A stretch of DNA of 64,000 nucleotides from Thecamonas trahens ATCC 50062 (Eukaryota > Protista > Apusomonadida), in contig NW_013657667.1 in the NCBI RefSeq assembly GCF_000142905.1, positions 440,801-504,800 on the forward strand. Direction: 5' to 3'. The notes under the pieces were generated by a model. The model was not told where the DNA came from, did no database searches, and saw nothing but the letters and a program-made list of their open reading frames with translations. The translations under genes were made by a program, and so were the position numbers. Every line of letters begins with the position of its first letter. The stretch's first letter is position 1. This document shows positions 12,001 to 18,000 of the stretch, piece after piece.

Positions 12001-15000
12001 CAGCTGCGGCACACCGTTGCCAGTCACTCGCGCCGAGACGTTGGCGAGCGCATTGGCGAGGACGTTGGAGCGCGAGAGGACGTGCTCTGCAGAAACACCA
12101 GCGTCTGCGCTGGCAGCGGTGCCGCCGCGGCGCCGCGAACTCTCTTTGGCGGGCAAGTAGTGGCCAGCGTGCTTGATGAGTGGCTCGTTGTGGCGAGTGA
12201 GCTTGAAGAGAAGAGCGGCGAGAATGGTGAGCGAGCGGGTCTGGCCGAGGGCTTCCTTGGCAAAGTTGAAGAGGTAGACCGCGACTGCATCAACAAGCTC
12301 GATGTCGCCCTCTTCGTAGGCGGCGAGCCCGATGCCGTCGCAGGCGTGGGCAAGGAGGAACGGGAGGACGGGCGAGTCGCCCTGGCCCTCGAGCGAGGCC
12401 GCGAGTGCAGTCGACGCGTTGAGCCGCTCGATAAAGGTCTGGGCGTCGGCGGCGAGAAGGAGGAGCGAGTTGACGTCACGACCGGATGAGATCGACTCGA
12501 TGAGTGGGGTGATGCCCGACTGTGTTTCCGAGTCGATAACAACCTCAAAGCGAGTAGCGAGGAGGAGGCCGAGGACGTGCGGCATGTTGGCCTTCTCGAC
12601 TTGGTCGAGTAGACCGACGCCGATCTCGTTCTCGCAAAACCGCAGGCCGATTTCCATCGATGGCTGCGGGAGAAAGGCAACAAGTAGTGCGGCGAGCGAG
12701 ACGTCGCCGCGGGCGACGGCAACCTGGATGGGATTCCGCGACGAGGCGTCGGGCATGGTAAAGAGCCGCATGAGGACGTACCACGCGAGATGGGAGCGCG
12801 AGTTGGAGACTTGAATGTTGGAGATGAGGCCGCGGACAAACGAATAGTGGCCAGCGGCCGCGGCGCGGTGAAGAATCGGCGCGGTGACGCCGATCGAGTC
12901 GGTCGACATGGTGGTGAGGCCGGAAATCTCGAGCATGCCGAGTCCGACGTCGAGCGAGCGCGGCGATTTGATAGTTGTCTCGACAAGCGCAAGAAGGACT
13001 TCCGACTGGATCTGGTTGGTGACAGTGGCCTGGGCGACCAGGTCTGTGACCAGAAAGGCAGCCACGTCGAGGTACGACGAGAGAAGCGCGGCGTGGACAA
13101 GCTCGGCAATGGTGTTGAGCGAGTAGTCCTTGGCCCGTGAGACCGAGACCGAGGCCGAGAGCGACGAGTTTGGCGCGCTGCTGCCAGCGGCCTTTGCCAG
13201 CCGTGACGTTCCGGTCAAAGTGCTCGAGGCGTCCGACGCGGTGTCTGCGAGCGCCTTGAGGAGCGCCCGGAGCAGGCCAAGCTGGCCGGCAGAGACAGCA
13301 TAATGCAGCGGCGACTGGCGTTTGTCATCCAAAAAGTGGAGGCACATCGAGCCGTAGATGTCGTACAACCGCATGGCGACCTTAGTCATGGCATGCATGC
13401 AGGCAAAGTGCATCGGGGTGCGCGAGTGGGCGTCGCGGGCCATAATTCGCCACGACTCGCGCTTGCGCTTGGACGGCGAGGTAGACGAGCGGCCCGAGTG
13501 GGCAGCCATGCCCTCGTCGGAGATCTTAAAGGCGTCGATATGGTCGAGGAGGGTGAGGGCAATGATCTCGTTTCCAGCCTCGCAGGCGACAATGAGCGGC
13601 GTCCGCTGCATCGAGTCACGGCCAAAGAGGTCGACGAAAATGAGATCGGTCTCAGAGAGCATCTCTTCTGAGCGCTCCTTGGTGGCACCGTCGGCAGCGG
13701 CGCTTCCGGTCAAGGCCGCAGTCGAGCCGGACTTGCCCTTGCGCCCGACCATGGCATCAAGGCGTCGCCGCTTCGGCTCGGAGACGGCGCCGGTGGTGCG
13801 CGAGGCCGTGCTCTGGGCGTCGCGCGGGATGCGGGCAACGTTACGCATGTCAGGAGAGAACGGAATGGCCTCGTCGCGGGCCAGAGCGAGGCTCAGCTGT
13901 CGAGTCGACGAGTCGAGGCGAATGAGGGCACGGACAACTGAGTCGAGCGAATGAGCGACGGCGAGGTGAATGAGGGTCGCCTGAGTCATGTCTGCGCCAT
14001 TGATAAAGGCGTTGATAAAGAACGCACCCTTATCCGCCAGCGACGGAATGGTCCGCCTCAGTGACGGCATGGTGAGGGCGTCGATCATCCAGTGGAGGAG
14101 TGAGACATGGCCGCCGCGGGCAGCAAGGTGAAGTGCCGACGAGCCGTCGGCCGCCAGTGCGTAGACTTCAACGCCGGCGCGGGCGAGCGCGGTGACAACG
14201 GTTGTGTCGCCGGCGCGGGCGGCGTAGAGAAACGGCGAGAGGCCCTGGGCGTCGAGCGAGTCGAGGAACTCGGCAAGCGCGGTCCGCGCGCGCATGACGT
14301 TGGCGGAGACTGAAGCGCCGCCGGACGAGTTACCGCCGCCCTGGCGACGACGGGCGAGGGCGGTCATGTCACGCGACGAGGTCGTGGCCGTCGCCTTGAT
14401 ACTCACATTGGCCACAAAAGCCGGCTGCGAGGCAAAGAGCGAGGCCTGTAGGCCGCCAGCGGTCTCCATCTGTGCCTCGAGCGCTTTGATGAGCAGGAGC
14501 GAGAGCTGAGTCAGCTTCCGCTTGCAGGCGTAGTGGAGGACGGACCGGCCTTTGGAGTCGAGGAGCTCGGTCTTGGTCCCCTCCCATCTGAGGAGCTCGG
14601 TGGCGATGAACGGGCGGCGGAAGGCAGCGGCGACAATGAGCGGAGTGCGGAGCTCAGCGTTGCGGGCGTTGACGTCGAGCTCGACCTGGTGGGCGTCGGC
14701 GCGCTGGCGGAGAATGCCCAACACCTCGCCCATGCCGGACCGGGCTGCGTAGTGGAGGACGGTGTTGGAGAACGCGTCTTGGGCGTTGACAAAGAGCTCG
14801 AGTGCGTGCGAAGAGGCGCTCCACATGGCAAAAGCCTTGTCGATGATGAGCTTGGCGACTTCGGAGAATCCCGAGGCTACCGCTACGTGGAGAACGGTCT
14901 GCGAGTCAATGTTGAGGGTGTCGAGCTGAACATCGTCGCGCTGGAGCAAGGTGGCTACGAGGTTGACCATGTTGCGCGAGACGGCCTCCATGAGCGGCGT

Positions 15001-18000
15001 CGTCGACTCGGTTGGCGACTTTCCGTGTGTGAGCGGTCCGGTGGTGCCCGACGCGGTGGACGCGTTAATGGGCGAGCCGATGGTGACCAGCCGGATGGCA
15101 AGCTCCTCTTTCCCGCGAAGAATGGCCTCGTGGAGAAGGGTTGTCTGACCGTGACGGATGGTGGTGGGAGCGCGCGAGCGCGGGAGGAGTAGGACCTGGC
15201 CCTCGACCAGTGTCCGGACCGGTGCTGGGACAGGCGGCCAGTGGGAGGTGCTCGAGGTGTGGACCTTTTCCTGGCCGCTGCCTCGCGGGGGCGAGTTGGT
15301 GGGGGCGGCACCGCTGGCGTCTGGGGCGGTAGCCCGGCTTGGCGAACTTGGCTCGTCGCCTCCGGCCGAGACCTGGAGCGCGATGGTTGACGAGATGTTG
15401 GCGCTCGAGGCAGCGACGCGCAGGTCCGTGGCTGCGGCTTCTGCGTAGCGAGCGTCAAAGTCCGCCCCGAGGAGCTTGGTAGCAGCCGAGCCGTGGAGCC
15501 GCAGGTGTGCGGCAAGCGAGGAGCCCGGCGAGAGGACCTGGCGCGAAAAGGCGAGTGCCGACGGGAGAAAAGCGTTGAGGAGCGAGACGGTGTCCGGGTG
15601 CATGGTCTGTGGGACGTAACCTTGAACAGAGACGCTCTCAAAGCCAAGGCCACGGGCGTAGAGCGCGGCGCCACGCTGGGCTGAGCAGAAGAAAGCCGAA
15701 TCGCCGCGACGCGAGCGGTAGAGGACAAGCGGAAGCGTGTCGGGCATGTCAATAGCGTAGATGTACTTGCCGTACTTTGCCGAGAGCGACGGCGGAATGA
15801 CCGAGGCGGCACAGCATCCGGCAGCATGGGTATACCCATGATTGGAGACGAGATCGGCAATGGTCTCCGGCGAGGCGACGGGCAAGACCGACGACGAGTC
15901 GCTGCCAAACTCCTCGCGGATGAGAAAGTGTAGCTCAAGATAGTTGGTCGGGTAGTCGGCCATGCCGGCGCGCGAACCGAGGATGGAGACGCCGAGCTTG
16001 GTCTCTGCAAACGGCGGGCGGGCGTCCGGCGCGGCGGAGCCATTGTCCGAGGCCGCGGCCGCGGCCGCGGCCTTGGGAACATACAGGTCACAGAGGCGAA
16101 AGAGGGCGTCGACAAGCTCGGGAACAGAGTCGGGCGGCGCGCCGAGGGCGAGGTGCATCGGAGTCTCCTGGGTCGGGTTCCAGTTGTCGCTCATGACCGA
16201 GCGGAGGAGAACCTTGCGGAGCTCCGAGCCGACCTCGTCGTTGGAGTGGGCGAGGTCGACAACGACGCCTACGACGTCTGTGGCCGCTGCAGCGAGGGCA
16301 ACGTGGAAAAAGGTATGCATGTTGTTGTTGCGGGCACGGACAAGACCTTCGATGTCGAGAGCAGCGATGATGAGATCGCGGACAAGCTCAGCATGCCCGT
16401 GCTTGGCGGCGGCGTGGAGCAGGGTGTTGCCCTCGGCATCGACGAGGCTCATGCGGAAGAGCGAGCTCGCAGCAGTGGTGTACTGGGCAGTCGAGCGCGA
16501 GTTGTCCTCGTTGATGGGCGGCTCGCGCTCGCGCCGGACGTCAGGGTGGACATCTGCCGAGTACGGGAAAAGCTGGCTGATGAGGTCAACATGGCCGGCG
16601 GCGAGCGCCATGTGCAGCGGCGGGAGCTCGATGAGGGCGCCAGCAGCCATCGAGTGGACCGGATGGCGCGGCTCGAGAAAGGCCGGCGAGCAAAGAAGCG
16701 CGAGCGCGACAAGGTCGTCGCCAACCGTGACTGCGTGATGGAACGGAGTGTAGCGGCGACCGTCCTGGGCGTTGATGTCTGCGCAGCCGGAAATGATGAT
16801 GTTGATGGCAATTTCCGAGTGGCCGGCAGCAATGGCGAGATGGAGCGGGCGCGCGCCATGGATGTCGGGCGCGTCGAAGAGGCCCTTGTCGATAAAGGTG
16901 TCGGCAATGTCCGAGTAGAGGCCCGCCATGCCCTTGTCTGCGGCGTAGTGCAGGAGGGTGCGGCCGCGGTCGTCAGCGGCGGTGATGTCGATACGGTGGA
17001 GCTCCGCGGCCGGGGCATGGTTCTTCGTCTTTGGCTTGACGGCTGCCAGAAAAGAAGCGACGGCCTCGTGGCCATTGTGGGCAGCAGCAAGGAGCGGCGG
17101 CCGGGCGGCGGCGCCGCGGACGTGAATGTCGAGCCCGAGGGAGTAGAGGAGCGAGAGGCAGCCGAGCTTGCCAGTCTTAGCCGCGCAAGTAAGGAGTGTG
17201 TCGCCAACGGTGTTGGTCACAAACGAGTAGTTGACGGTCTGTGACGAGAAACGCGACTTTTGAAAGTCGTTCTTGGTGAGCGCCACCGGCTCGACGTGGT
17301 CCAGTCTCGGATTCTGCTCGCCGCCGGTGTCCGAGTCGGCGTCGCCAGCATCAGGTGTGGGCTCGGGCTCGGGGGCTGCCTCGCCACGGCGTGGCTTGTG
17401 GCGGGTGCGGCGTGGCTCGCTGGTCGGCGCAGCGATGGCAGCGGCGAGGGAGGTGTCCGGGAACGGATCGTACTTTGGCGTAAAGCCGTGGACGCGCTCA
17501 AAGTAGAGGCTAACTACCTTTGACGTCGGAACGTCCGCAAGTGAGGCCGAGACAAGCTTGAAGAGTGGGAGCTCGCCGTCGGCGTCAGGGCGCGACCAGG
17601 CGGTAGCGAGCACGGTCGGGTGGGTGCGCTCCATCCAAAAAGTAAGGAAGCGGACACAGCCTGTGGCGGTGGCACGGTGGAGCGGGGTCGAGTGCGGGGC
17701 GCCGTCGATGTGAGCCGCGAGAAGGACAAGGACCGAGGCGGTGTCGAGGTGCGGGAGGCCCATGACCTTGGCGAGCTGGTCGAGCGAGCCGAGCGGACAG
17801 GCCTTGGCGGCGGCGTCCTTCGCGATGGTGAGGGCGACGTCATCATGGCCGTGGTGGGTGGCGGCATAGAGTGGAGTCTGCGACTCGGCGTCGATGGCAA
17901 AGGGTGATGCGTGCTTGGCAAGGAGGGCGCGGACTACGGCGTTGTAGCCTGCGGCGGCAGCGAGGTGCAGTGGGGTGGCGCGGGCGTGAAGGTCGTGCAT

